From Omnitrophica WOR_2 bacterium RIFCSPHIGHO2_02_FULL_67_20 (GTDB lineage Bacteria > Omnitrophota > Gorgyraeia > Aquiviventales > Aquiviventaceae), in the NCBI GenBank assembly GCA_001805695.1, contig MHGT01000032.1:1-37488 (forward strand): a stretch of DNA of 37,488 bases. Reading direction: 5' to 3'. Each line of letters opens with the position of its first letter. The first letter of the stretch is position 1. Below, piece by piece: positions 6,453-14,436 of this stretch. Both the position numbers and the translations under genes were made by a program. The notes under the pieces were generated by a model, which made no database searches, was not told the DNA's origin, and worked only from the letters and a program-made list of their open reading frames with translations.

Positions 6453-8584
6453 ACACCTTTGCTTTTTCCGGGCTCTTAACCAGTTTAGCGAGTCTCGGTA
6501 TTGGCGCGTGGGTCTATTTCAGCAACCGAACCAATTGGCTTAATCAGCTATGGAGCATGTTCTGCATCACGGTCGCTATCTGGGGACTTGGAGGGTTGCA
6601 AATTGGCCTAGCTTCAAATTCAGAAACGGCGTTGCTTTGGTGGCGCATAACCTATGTTGCCGTGATCCTCATACCCTCAATTTTTTATCACTTTGTCATC
6701 GTGTTTCTTGGAATTCGGCGTCCCATTACAGTCATCCTCGGATACTTACTAAGTTCCGGATTTTTAATCACAGATGCGACCCCCTTACTTATTGCGAACG
6801 TAGACAAAATTTTTAAGAATCTCTACTACGTCACTAAGCCAGTAGGGGTCGCCTATCCTGCGTTTGTCTTATTTTTTATCGGCATGGTTGTCCTAAGCCA
6901 TGTCGAGCTATGGCGGTACATGGGGAGGACAGCTGGTAATAAGCGTCGGCTCCAAGTTAGATGGTTTTTTTTAGCAGGTATTGTTGGATACATTGGGGGT
7001 ATTTCTTGTTTCCTTCCCGTCTTCGGGTTCAAGCTATATCCATATGGCAACTTCACAGTTCCTTTATTTCCTATTTTCCTGAGCTATGCCATCTTTCGTT
7101 ATCAACTTATGGACATCGAAGTTATTATCAAGCGGACCCTGGTGTTTGCGGGGCTTGTGGGATCCGTGGTGGCGGTGGTGGCGTCGATGGCGTTCGTCAC
7201 GCAGGATCTGCTGGCGCGATTCGTGGCGACGCCCCGGTGGCTCTCGAACGTGCTGGCGGCGATGGTCATCGCCGGGGTGTATGGCCCGCTGCGCAACTGG
7301 CTGGTGAACGTGACGGACCGGTTCCTCTTCCAGAAGAAGTACGACTACAAGGAGCTGCTCAAGAAGTTCACCGACGACGTGATGGTCATCGTGGACTTGA
7401 AGCAGCTGCTCCAGACGACGGTGACGACGCTCTCCGATACGGTGAAGCTGGAGAGCTGCAGCCTGCTGCTGCTGAACAAGGACACGCAGACGTATGAGCT
7501 GGCCGCCTCGCGCGGGACGAACGGCCGCCGGCTGGCGCTGGACGAGCAGGAGCCGTTCATCCGGTTCTTCCGCGAGACCCATGAGCCCATTGGCCTGGAT
7601 GGCTCGCTGGGGCAGGTGCGTTTCCCGGAGGCGGTGACGGGGCGCCTCAAGGAGCTCAACGCGCGGCTGTGCCTGCCGCTCCATCTCCATGAGGACCTCA
7701 TCGGCGTCCTGTGCCTGGGCAAGAAGAAGTCGGACGAGGAGTTCACGAAGGACGACTTCGACATCCTCCTCCCCCTGGCCCGCACGCTGGCGATCGCGGT
7801 GAGCAACGCCCAGCTCTTCGACGAGCTGGCCAAGACGCAGGCCGAGGCGGCGCAGAGGGAGAAGCTGGCCGTCATCGGCACGCTCTCCGCCGGCATCAAC
7901 CACGAGATCTGCAATCCCCTCGGCATCATCAAGGCGCAGTGCGAGGCGTTCCTGATGGACCTGGAAGACGGCATCCTCATCGGCAAGTCGCCGAGCGACC
8001 TGCTCAACCGGACCTCCTCCATCCTGCAGGTGGCGCTCAAGCAGATCGACCGCGCGACCGCCATCACCCAGAAGCTCTCCAACTTCGCCAAGCCCATCAA
8101 GGACCCCTCGATCCAGCCGGTGTCGGTCGAACAGGAGGTGGGGGAGGTGCTCCTGCTGGTCGGCCACGACCTCACGCTGGAAAAGATCGCCTTCGAGCAG
8201 GAGATCCCGCCGGATCTGCCGTCCATCACCGTGGACCGCCGCCAGTTCCAGGAGGTGCTCTTCAACCTCATCCGCAACGCGGCGCAGGCCATCACGCCGC
8301 CGGGGACGATCCGGGTGAGCGCGCGCGCGCACGAGGACGGCCGGGTCCGCATCGAGATTGAGGACAGCGGCAGCGGCATTCCCCCCGACAAGCTGGGCAA
8401 GATCTACGACCCCTTCTTCACGACGAAGGAGCCAGGCAAGGGCACCGGCCTTGGGCTCTTCATCGTCCGCCAAATTGTGGAACGCAATCGAGGGCGGATC
8501 GCGGTGGAGAGCGCGGTGGGGAAGGGGACGGTATTTTTTCTCGACTTTCCGGTGGCACGAGAGGTTCCCGCCAAGGCGGGGTGA
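6449..8584 (+). CDS. Multi-pass membrane sensor histidine kinase (7TM-type N-terminus + GAF + HisKA + HATPase_c)
   Basis: ATGA overlap with the upstream gene. About 9 hydrophobic helices, with a FRYQLMDIEV motif after helix 7. GAF-like KLESCSLLLLNKDTQTYELAASRG...LCLGKKKSDEEF. H-box LSAGINHEICNPLGI. NLIRNAAQAI, DSGSGIPPD, GTGLGLFIV. Confidence 0.9.
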   Translation: MNTFAFSGLLTSLASLGIGAWVYFSNRTNWLNQLWSMFCITVAIWGLGGLQIGLASNSETALLWWRITYVAVILIPSIFYHFVIVFLGIRRPITVILGYLLSSGFLITDATPLLIANVDKIFKNLYYVTKPVGVAYPAFVLFFIGMVVLSHVELWRYMGRTAGNKRRLQVRWFFLAGIVGYIGGISCFLPVFGFKLYPYGNFTVPLFPIFLSYAIFRYQLMDIEVIIKRTLVFAGLVGSVVAVVASMAFVTQDLLARFVATPRWLSNVLAAMVIAGVYGPLRNWLVNVTDRFLFQKKYDYKELLKKFTDDVMVIVDLKQLLQTTVTTLSDTVKLESCSLLLLNKDTQTYELAASRGTNGRRLALDEQEPFIRFFRETHEPIGLDGSLGQVRFPEAVTGRLKELNARLCLPLHLHEDLIGVLCLGKKKSDEEFTKDDFDILLPLARTLAIAVSNAQLFDELAKTQAEAAQREKLAVIGTLSAGINHEICNPLGIIKAQCEAFLMDLEDGILIGKSPSDLLNRTSSILQVALKQIDRATAITQKLSNFAKPIKDPSIQPVSVEQEVGEVLLLVGHDLTLEKIAFEQEIPPDLPSITVDRRQFQEVLFNLIRNAAQAITPPGTIRVSARAHEDGRVRIEIEDSGSGIPPDKLGKIYDPFFTTKEPGKGTGLGLFIVRQIVERNRGRIAVESAVGKGTVFFLDFPVAREVPAKAG

Positions 8585-8607
8585 GAGGAGCCCCATGAGT
8601 GTTTTGT

Positions 8608-8673
8608 CGGTTCGGAGTTCGGAGTTCGGAGTTCGGAGTATTTACCCCGAACCCTGATCCCCCAACCCCGAAC
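8608..8673. repeat. Heptamer-array palindromic element (GTTCGGA x4 / CCCGAAC-type arm)
   Basis: GTTCGGA occurs at 8610, 8617, 8624 and 8631. After a short spacer comes ccccgaaccctgatcccccaaccccgaac, an imperfect reverse complement. The element fills the HK-RR intergenic gap. Confidence 0.75.
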
Positions 8674-8680
8674 GCACTCC

Positions 8681-9067
8681 ATGGATGCAGCAAGGCCAGT
8701 CTTGGTGGCGATTGACGACGAAGTCGAGTTCACCAAGGCGATCGAGTCGTTCTTCGGCGCGCGCGGCTACGACGTGCGCGTGGCGCTCACCGGTCCCTCG
8801 GGTCTCGCCCTGGTGGATGCGCACAAACCGCGGGTCGTGCTCGTGGACCTGAAGCTGCCCGGCATGGACGGGGACGAAGTCCTCCAGCGCATCCGGCGCG
8901 CGCATCCCCAGACGCGCGTCATCATCATCACCGCCTACAACGACGGCGGTGTGACGCGCGAGCGGCTGCTGCGCGCGGGCGCCTTCGCCCACTTCGACAA
9001 GCCGCTTTCCTCGCTGCGGGACCTGGCCGCGGCGGTCCAGCGCGCACTCGCAGCACCGGAGCCATGA
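8681..9067 (+). CDS. Single-domain response regulator (REC only)
   Basis: VLVAIDDE...VVLVDLKLPGMDG...VIIITAY...HFDKP. 128 aa. Confidence 0.9.
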   Translation: MDAARPVLVAIDDEVEFTKAIESFFGARGYDVRVALTGPSGLALVDAHKPRVVLVDLKLPGMDGDEVLQRIRRAHPQTRVIIITAYNDGGVTRERLLRAGAFAHFDKPLSSLRDLAAAVQRALAAPEP

Positions 9068-10626
9068 GCGCCATGTCCGCCACCCTCCTCGAGCGGATCG
9101 TCTTCAAGCGGCTGGACCCTGCCAAGGTCGCCCTCTTCGTCGCGCTCTACGGCGTCGTCCTCGCCGTCCCGACGCTCCTCTTCACCCTCGGCTCGGCCTG
9201 GCTGCGCGGCCATTTCCCGAGTGTCTGGTGGATGATCCCGCTCGCCTTCTTCGGCCTGCTCGCCCTGCTGGCCCCGCTGGCCTACTTCGCCCTCCTGCGC
9301 CGGATGGAGTGGGCGCTCATCCGGGACCAGCGACGCTACCACCACACGCTGATCGGCGCCTCGAGCGGGATGATCCGCATCAAGGAGATCCAGCGGCTCT
9401 GCCGGCTCATCACCCACACCGTCAACCGCACCGTCGGGCTGACCAACACGGCGCTCTTCCTCTACGAGCCGAAGGAGCAGCGCTACGTCCTGCAGGCGGT
9501 GCGGTACCAGTCGCACCTGCCGCCGGAGCTCTCGGTGGACCAGGCCGACCCGCTGGTGCGGCGGCTCGAGGCCAAGAAGGATTTGCTGGTGGTGGACGAG
9601 CTGCGCGAGGCATCGGAGGCGGAGCTGCGGCGCGGGGAGGGCCGGGACCGGACCGCCGAGCAGGTGTACGGCTGGATGCGCCGCGTCGAGGCGCGGCTCA
9701 TCGTGCCGAGCTTCTCGAACGAGCGGCTGCTGGGCTTCCTCGCGCTGGGCGAGAAGCGCAGCCGCGAACCCTTCACGACGGACGATTTGGCCATCTTCTC
9801 CGGACTCGCCAACCAGGCGGCCCTGGCGCTTGAGAACGCCATGTTCTTCGAGGAGCTGCGCGCGAACGAGGTGTTGATCATCCAGTCGGAGAAGCTTGCC
9901 AGCCTCGGCCAGCTGGCCTCCGGCATGGCGCACGAGATCCACAACCCGCTGACCATCATCTCCGGCGAGTCGCAGCTCTACCTGGAGCGCTTCCGGGGCC
10001 AGGACGCGCAGGTGGACAAGCTGCTCCTGAGCATCATCGAGGAGTGCAAGCGGGCGGCCGACATCACCCGCCGCATCCTGCGCTTCGCCAAGCCCGCGCC
10101 CCCGGACGTCAACGCGGTGGACCTGAAGGCGACGGTGGAGGAGAGCCTGACGCTGGCCGGCTACCAGGTGCGGCTGGAGCGGGTGCAGTGCGTGGTCAAC
10201 ATGCCGGACCAGCTCCCCAAGGTGCGCAGCAACCAGAACCAGCTCCAGGAGGTCCTGCTGAACCTCATCCTCAACGCCTGCCAGGCGATGGGGGAGAAGG
10301 GCGGGCGGCTCGCGCTCTCGGCCCACCCGAACGGCTCTTCCGTCGTCCTCAAGGTGGAGGACAACGGCCCCGGCATTCCGGCCACCGCCCTCCGGAAGGT
10401 GTTCGACCCCTTCTACACGACGAAGGAGACGGGGACCGGGCTGGGCCTTTTCGTGACCCAGCGCATCATCCAGTCGCACGGCGGCACGATCGAGCTGGAG
10501 TCCGTCGAGGGCAAAGGGACTTGCTTCACGGTCCGTCTGCCGGTCTGGGAGGAGGGTGCGGCCACCGTGGCCCAGCCGGCGGCGGGCTCGGCCGAGGCGC
10601 CGGAGCCAGGAGGGGGCCCCGGATGA
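9064..10626 (+). CDS. Membrane sensor histidine kinase (2-3 TM + GAF + HisKA + HATPase_c)
   Basis: ATGA overlap with the RR gene. H-box LASGMAHEIHNPLTI. NLILNACQAM, DNGPGIP, GTGLGLFVT. Its juxtamembrane and GAF region is paralogous to the kinase at 2-1252. Confidence 0.9.
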   Translation: MSAMSATLLERIVFKRLDPAKVALFVALYGVVLAVPTLLFTLGSAWLRGHFPSVWWMIPLAFFGLLALLAPLAYFALLRRMEWALIRDQRRYHHTLIGASSGMIRIKEIQRLCRLITHTVNRTVGLTNTALFLYEPKEQRYVLQAVRYQSHLPPELSVDQADPLVRRLEAKKDLLVVDELREASEAELRRGEGRDRTAEQVYGWMRRVEARLIVPSFSNERLLGFLALGEKRSREPFTTDDLAIFSGLANQAALALENAMFFEELRANEVLIIQSEKLASLGQLASGMAHEIHNPLTIISGESQLYLERFRGQDAQVDKLLLSIIEECKRAADITRRILRFAKPAPPDVNAVDLKATVEESLTLAGYQVRLERVQCVVNMPDQLPKVRSNQNQLQEVLLNLILNACQAMGEKGGRLALSAHPNGSSVVLKVEDNGPGIPATALRKVFDPFYTTKETGTGLGLFVTQRIIQSHGGTIELESVEGKGTCFTVRLPVWEEGAATVAQPAAGSAEAPEPGGGPG

Positions 10627-10727
10627 TAATGAGGTATAATACACGCTGCAGCAAGCTGTTATGGCTTGCCAAGCAGGGGCTGGCTCAGGTATGGTTGTAG
10701 TGTGAGGCCCGGATATTCCCAGCACGC

Positions 10728-11822
10728 ATGGTAAAACTCCTCGTTGCTGACGACGAGCAGAAAATCTGCCGGCTGTTGGAGTCGTTTTTTGCCGAGCGGG
10801 GCTACCGCGTCCTGCTTGCGCATGACGGCCCCTCGGCCCTCTCCTGCATCCGTCAGGAGCGCCCCCACCTGGTGTTCCTCGACCTCCACATGCCCGGCCT
10901 CGACGGCCTGGACATCCTCAAGGAGACCCGGGCGTTCGACGAGACCATCAAGATCATCGTCATCACGGCGGTCGAAGATGCCGAGGTCATCGAGCAGGTC
11001 AAGCTGCTCGGGGCGGCCGACTACGTGATCAAGCCGTTTAGCCTGGAGTATCTGCAGGAGGAGGTGCTGGCGAAGGTCAGCACCTCGCTCTATGAGGACC
11101 TGCGCTCGGCCAACCAGGAGTTGAAGCGGTCGCTCGAGGAAATGCGCCAGGTGACGCGCGGCATCGTCGGGGCGTTTTCGCTCGTCATCTCGAAGATCGA
11201 CCCGCATTACACCCACGAGCACGTTTCCCGCAGCGTAGAGTACGCGAGCAAGATCATCGCCCGGCTGCGGCAGGAGGGGATGAGCTTCGACGGCATACCG
11301 GATGAGCTGCTCCTCGCGGGCATCCTCCTCCACGATGTCGGCAAGATCTTCACGCCCAAGGAGATCCTCTTCAAGCCCGGGCCGCTGTCCGACGAGGAGT
11401 GGCGGATCATGCGCCGCCATCCGGTCGACGGGGCCGAGATCCTGGAGCAGATCACCGGCCTGCAGGAGATGTCCAAGATCGTCCGCTACCACCAGGAGGC
11501 CTACAACGGCTCCGGCTATCCGGAGGGGCTTAAGGGCGAGGAGATCCCCATCGGGGCGCGCATCGCCACCGCGGTGGACGCCTTCGACGCGATGATCACC
11601 GACCGGCCCTACCGGAAGGGCATGCCCATCGAGAAGGCGATCGAGGAGCTCAGGCGCAACCGGGGCATCCAGTTCGACCCGCAGGTGGTGGACGTCATCG
11701 TCAGCCTCTCCGAGGAGGGCACCCTCAAGCCGGCTCACCTGCCCGACTCCAGCCACAGCATCGGCAGCAACGGGGCGGCGTCCGCCCGGCCGGACGGCAC
11801 GAACCACCACCCGCGCGCCTGA
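10728..11822 (+). CDS. Response regulator with HD-GYP output domain (RpfG-like c-di-GMP phosphodiesterase)
   Basis: REC: KLLVADDE...LVFLDLHMPGLDG...IVITA. HD-GYP: LLHDVGKI, RRHPVDG, YHQEAYNGSGYPEGL, DAFDAMITDRPYR. Confidence 0.9.
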   Translation: MVKLLVADDEQKICRLLESFFAERGYRVLLAHDGPSALSCIRQERPHLVFLDLHMPGLDGLDILKETRAFDETIKIIVITAVEDAEVIEQVKLLGAADYVIKPFSLEYLQEEVLAKVSTSLYEDLRSANQELKRSLEEMRQVTRGIVGAFSLVISKIDPHYTHEHVSRSVEYASKIIARLRQEGMSFDGIPDELLLAGILLHDVGKIFTPKEILFKPGPLSDEEWRIMRRHPVDGAEILEQITGLQEMSKIVRYHQEAYNGSGYPEGLKGEEIPIGARIATAVDAFDAMITDRPYRKGMPIEKAIEELRRNRGIQFDPQVVDVIVSLSEEGTLKPAHLPDSSHSIGSNGAASARPDGTNHHPRA

Positions 11823-11888
11823 GCCGTTCACCGCGGCGGCTTCGCCATACCGCTTTCTCTCCTGTTTCTCCTGGTCTGGTCGCCCCCA

Positions 11889-11925
11889 ACCCGCTTCCCC
11901 GGTAAACGTTACCCGGGGAGCGGGT
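11889..11925 (+). terminator. Strong GC-rich hairpin after the HD-GYP regulator gene (terminator candidate)
   Basis: acccgcttccccggtaaac / gttacccggggagcgggt form near-perfect arms. The downstream tail (agtgcgtttcc) is only weakly T-rich. Confidence 0.5.
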
Positions 11926-11939
11926 AGTGCGTTTCCTGC

Positions 11940-11968
11940 TTGTGCTGTCGGGGCCGGCCGCCTATAAT
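11940..11968 (+). promoter_or_regulatory. Sigma70-like promoter TTGTGC-17-TATAAT, ending 7 nt before the fabG ATG
   Basis: Read directly. The geometry places the transcription start at or next to the ATG at 11976. Confidence 0.5.
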
Positions 11969-11975
11969 TGCGCGC

Positions 11976-12722
11976 ATGGCATCATCGCTGACAGGCCAGG
12001 TCGCCATCGTGACCGGGGGGGCTAGGGGCATCGGCCGCGAGATCGCGCTCGTCCTGGCCCGGGACGGCGTGGACGTCGCCCTCTTCGACGTGAACCCCCA
12101 GCAGCTCGAGCAGACCGTCGCGGAACTGCGCGCGATGGGCCGCCGCGCCGAGGGGCTGACCGTGGACGTCACCGACGGAAAACAGGTCGACGAGGGCATG
12201 GCAAAAGTGCTTGACAAGCTAGGGAGAATCGATATACTCATCAACAACGCGGGCATCACCAAGGACGGGTTGCTCGTCCGCATGGATGATGCCCAGTGGG
12301 ATCGGGTGCTCACCGTCAACCTGACGGGCACCTTTCTGTGCACCCGCGCAGCGGCCAAGCACATGCTGAAGCAGCGGCGCGGGCGGATCGTCAGCATCGC
12401 GTCGATCGTTGGGATCATTGGAAATCCAGGGCAGGCGAACTACGCCGCATCGAAGGCGGGCATCATCGGGCTGACCAAGGCGGTCGCCAAGGAGCTCGCC
12501 AGCCGCGGGATCACCTGCAACGCCGTGGCACCCGGCTTCATCAAGACCGAGATGACCGAAGCGCTGCCTGAGCCGGCGAAGCAGCGGCTCATGGAGGCGA
12601 TCCCGATGGGCACGCTCGGCGAGCCGAGCGATGTGGCGCAGGCCGTGCGATTTCTCGTCAGCGACGCCGCGCGGTACGTCACCGGCCACGTGCTGGTGGT
12701 GGACGGCGGCCTCGCGATGTAA
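11976..12722 (+). CDS. fabG: 3-oxoacyl-ACP reductase
   Basis: VAIVTGGARGIG, NNAGIT, SIASIVG, YAASKAG (YxxxK). Positioned directly upstream of acpP-fabF. Confidence 0.92.
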   Translation: MASSLTGQVAIVTGGARGIGREIALVLARDGVDVALFDVNPQQLEQTVAELRAMGRRAEGLTVDVTDGKQVDEGMAKVLDKLGRIDILINNAGITKDGLLVRMDDAQWDRVLTVNLTGTFLCTRAAAKHMLKQRRGRIVSIASIVGIIGNPGQANYAASKAGIIGLTKAVAKELASRGITCNAVAPGFIKTEMTEALPEPAKQRLMEAIPMGTLGEPSDVAQAVRFLVSDAARYVTGHVLVVDGGLAM

Positions 12723-12746
12723 GGGCGGAAACCAGGGGAGGGATGG

Positions 12747-12995
12747 ATGGCGGAGGCTGTGGCGGATCGGGTTCGGGCGATCATTGCTGAGCAGCTTGGC
12801 GTCAAGCTGGAAGAAGTGACCGATGCGGCCTCGTTCATCGAAGACCTGGGTGCGGACTCGCTCGACACCGTCGAGCTGGTCATGGCGCTCGAGGAGGAGT
12901 TCGGGATCGAGATTCCCGATGAGGATGCCGAGAAGATGAGCTCGGTCGGCGACGCCATCAAATACATCGAGTCGAAGACTGCCGGCGCGAAATAG
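12747..12995 (+). CDS. acpP: Acyl carrier protein
   Basis: 82 aa. [21 protein letters not shown] carries the phosphopantetheine Ser motif. Confidence 0.95.
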   Translation: MAEAVADRVRAIIAEQLGVKLEEVTDAASFIEDLGADSLDTVELVMALEEEFGIEIPDEDAEKMSSVGDAIKYIESKTAGAK

Positions 12996-13023
12996 CCTTC
13001 CGCACAAGTTGAGTGTGGCAACA

Positions 13024-13058
13024 GGACGTCCCGCTTTGGCGGGACGTTCGTGTTTGTG
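13024..13058 (+). terminator. Hairpin plus T-rich tail after acpP (terminator/attenuator candidate)
   Basis: acgtcccgc-tttg-gcgggacgt gives a 9-bp stem, followed by tcgtgtttgtg. Confidence 0.55.
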
Positions 13059-13108
13059 AAGATGATAAAGCAGATTGAAGAGCTGATTACACAGATAGGA
13101 CGTCATAG

Positions 13109-14347
13109 ATGAGGCGGGTTGTGGTGACAGGATTGGGTGCCGTGACGCCGGTGGGGAACGACGTCCCCGCCATGTGGGCGGCGCTCCTGGCCGGCAAAAG
13201 CGGTGTCGGCCCGATTCAGAGCTTCGACGCCTCCGCCTTCGAGTCCCGCATCGCCGCTGAGGTCAAGGGCTTCGACCCCGCGTCGTACATCAGCCCGAAG
13301 GAGATCAGGCGCACCGAGCGGTTCACGCAGCTGGCCATCGCGGCGGCAACGCAGGCGGTCCGGCAATCCGGCGTCAGCATCGAGCGCGAGGACCCGTTCC
13401 GCTGCGGCGTCATCATCGGCTCCGGGATGGGGAGCATGCACCTCATCGAGGAGCAGCACAGCGTCTACCTGGCCAAGGGGCCGAAGAAGCTCACCCCCTT
13501 CATGATCCCGATGCTCATCTGCAACATGGCGCCGGGCCACGTCGCCATGAACCTCGGTTTCAAGGGCCCCAACTTCTGCACGACGACCGCCTGCGCCTCC
13601 GGCGCCCACGGAGTGGGCGAGGCGTTCCGCATCATCCAGCGGGGGGCGGCCGACGTGATGCTCGGCGGCGGCACGGAGAGCTGTGTGAGCCCGATGGCGG
13701 TGGGCGGCTTCTGCGCGCTCATGGCGCTCTCCCGCCGCAACGGCGAGCCCGCCACAGCCAGCCGTCCCTTCGATCGGGAGCGCGACGGCTTCGTCATCGG
13801 CGAGGGCGCCGGCGTCCTGGTCCTGGAAGAGCTGGAGCACGCGAAGAAGCGCGGGGCCGCGATCCTCGCCGAGATGGCGGGCTACGGGCTCACCGCGGAC
13901 GCCTACCATATGACCGCACCCGACCCGGAGGGAACCGGGGCCGCCAAGGCGATGGCGCTGGCGCTGGAAGATGCCCGGATGCGGCCCGAGGACGTCACCT
14001 ACCTCAACGCCCACGGCACCTCGACCGAGCTCAACGACAAGATTGAAACGCTGGCGATCAAGAAGACCTTCGGCCCGGCCGCCAAGACGGTGGCGGTTTC
14101 TTCCACGAAATCCATGACCGGCCACCTGATCGGCGCCGCGGGCGGTGTGGAGGCGGTCATCTCGGTCCTCGCCATCACCGACGGCGTCATGCCCCCCACC
14201 ATCAACTACGAGCACCCGGACCCCGAGTGCGACCTCGACTACGTCCCCAATCACGCCCGGCGCGCCGCGGTCAAGGCGGTGCTCTCGAACTCGCTGGGGT
14301 TTGGGGGACATAACGCGACGGTGATTTTTAGGAAGTTTCACGGCTGA
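13109..14347 (+). CDS. fabF: Beta-ketoacyl-ACP synthase II
   Basis: RRVVVTGLGAVTPVG, TTTACASGAHGV, NAHGTSTELND, KSMTGHLIGAAG. Canonical fabG-acpP-fabF order. Confidence 0.95.
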   Translation: MRRVVVTGLGAVTPVGNDVPAMWAALLAGKSGVGPIQSFDASAFESRIAAEVKGFDPASYISPKEIRRTERFTQLAIAAATQAVRQSGVSIEREDPFRCGVIIGSGMGSMHLIEEQHSVYLAKGPKKLTPFMIPMLICNMAPGHVAMNLGFKGPNFCTTTACASGAHGVGEAFRIIQRGAADVMLGGGTESCVSPMAVGGFCALMALSRRNGEPATASRPFDRERDGFVIGEGAGVLVLEELEHAKKRGAAILAEMAGYGLTADAYHMTAPDPEGTGAAKAMALALEDARMRPEDVTYLNAHGTSTELNDKIETLAIKKTFGPAAKTVAVSSTKSMTGHLIGAAGGVEAVISVLAITDGVMPPTINYEHPDPECDLDYVPNHARRAAVKAVLSNSLGFGGHNATVIFRKFHG

Positions 14348-14357
14348 TCGGCGGCCA

Positions 14358-14435
14358 TCCCACCACCTATCGGTTCGCCAACGGCGAGCCGCAACGCGGC
14401 TGGTCGCTATTCAGCGACTCCGATAGGTGGTGGGA
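14358..14435. repeat. 78-bp palindromic element with perfect 16-bp terminal inverted repeats (TCCCACCACCTATCGG / CCGATAGGTGGTGGGA)
   Basis: Arms at 14358-14373 and 14420-14435. The outer 11 nt are shared with the element at 22017-22126. Confidence 0.8.
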
Positions 14436-14436
14436 C

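Noticed and set aside
3920-7135. A classical genomic island or transposon as the explanation for the low-GC cassette.
   Set aside because: No integrase, transposase, tRNA target, direct repeats or terminal inverted repeats are visible at the edges. The edges lie inside ORFs, which favours recombinational replacement.
8595-8657. 20-codon micro-ORF (MSVLSVRSSEFGVRSIYPEP) with a GAGGAG site 4 nt upstream, inside the heptamer element.
   Set aside because: It could be a leader peptide, but the reading frame is simply the translated repeat and there is no supporting evidence. It is recorded only as a possibility.
10635-10669. A TATAAT at 10635 and a GCAAGC-tgttatg-GCTTGC hairpin between the kinase and the HD-GYP regulator, read as a promoter/terminator pair.
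   Set aside because: There is no acceptable -35 box (the upstream sequence is GGGGGCCCC) and no T tract after the 6-bp stem, so the call is too weak.
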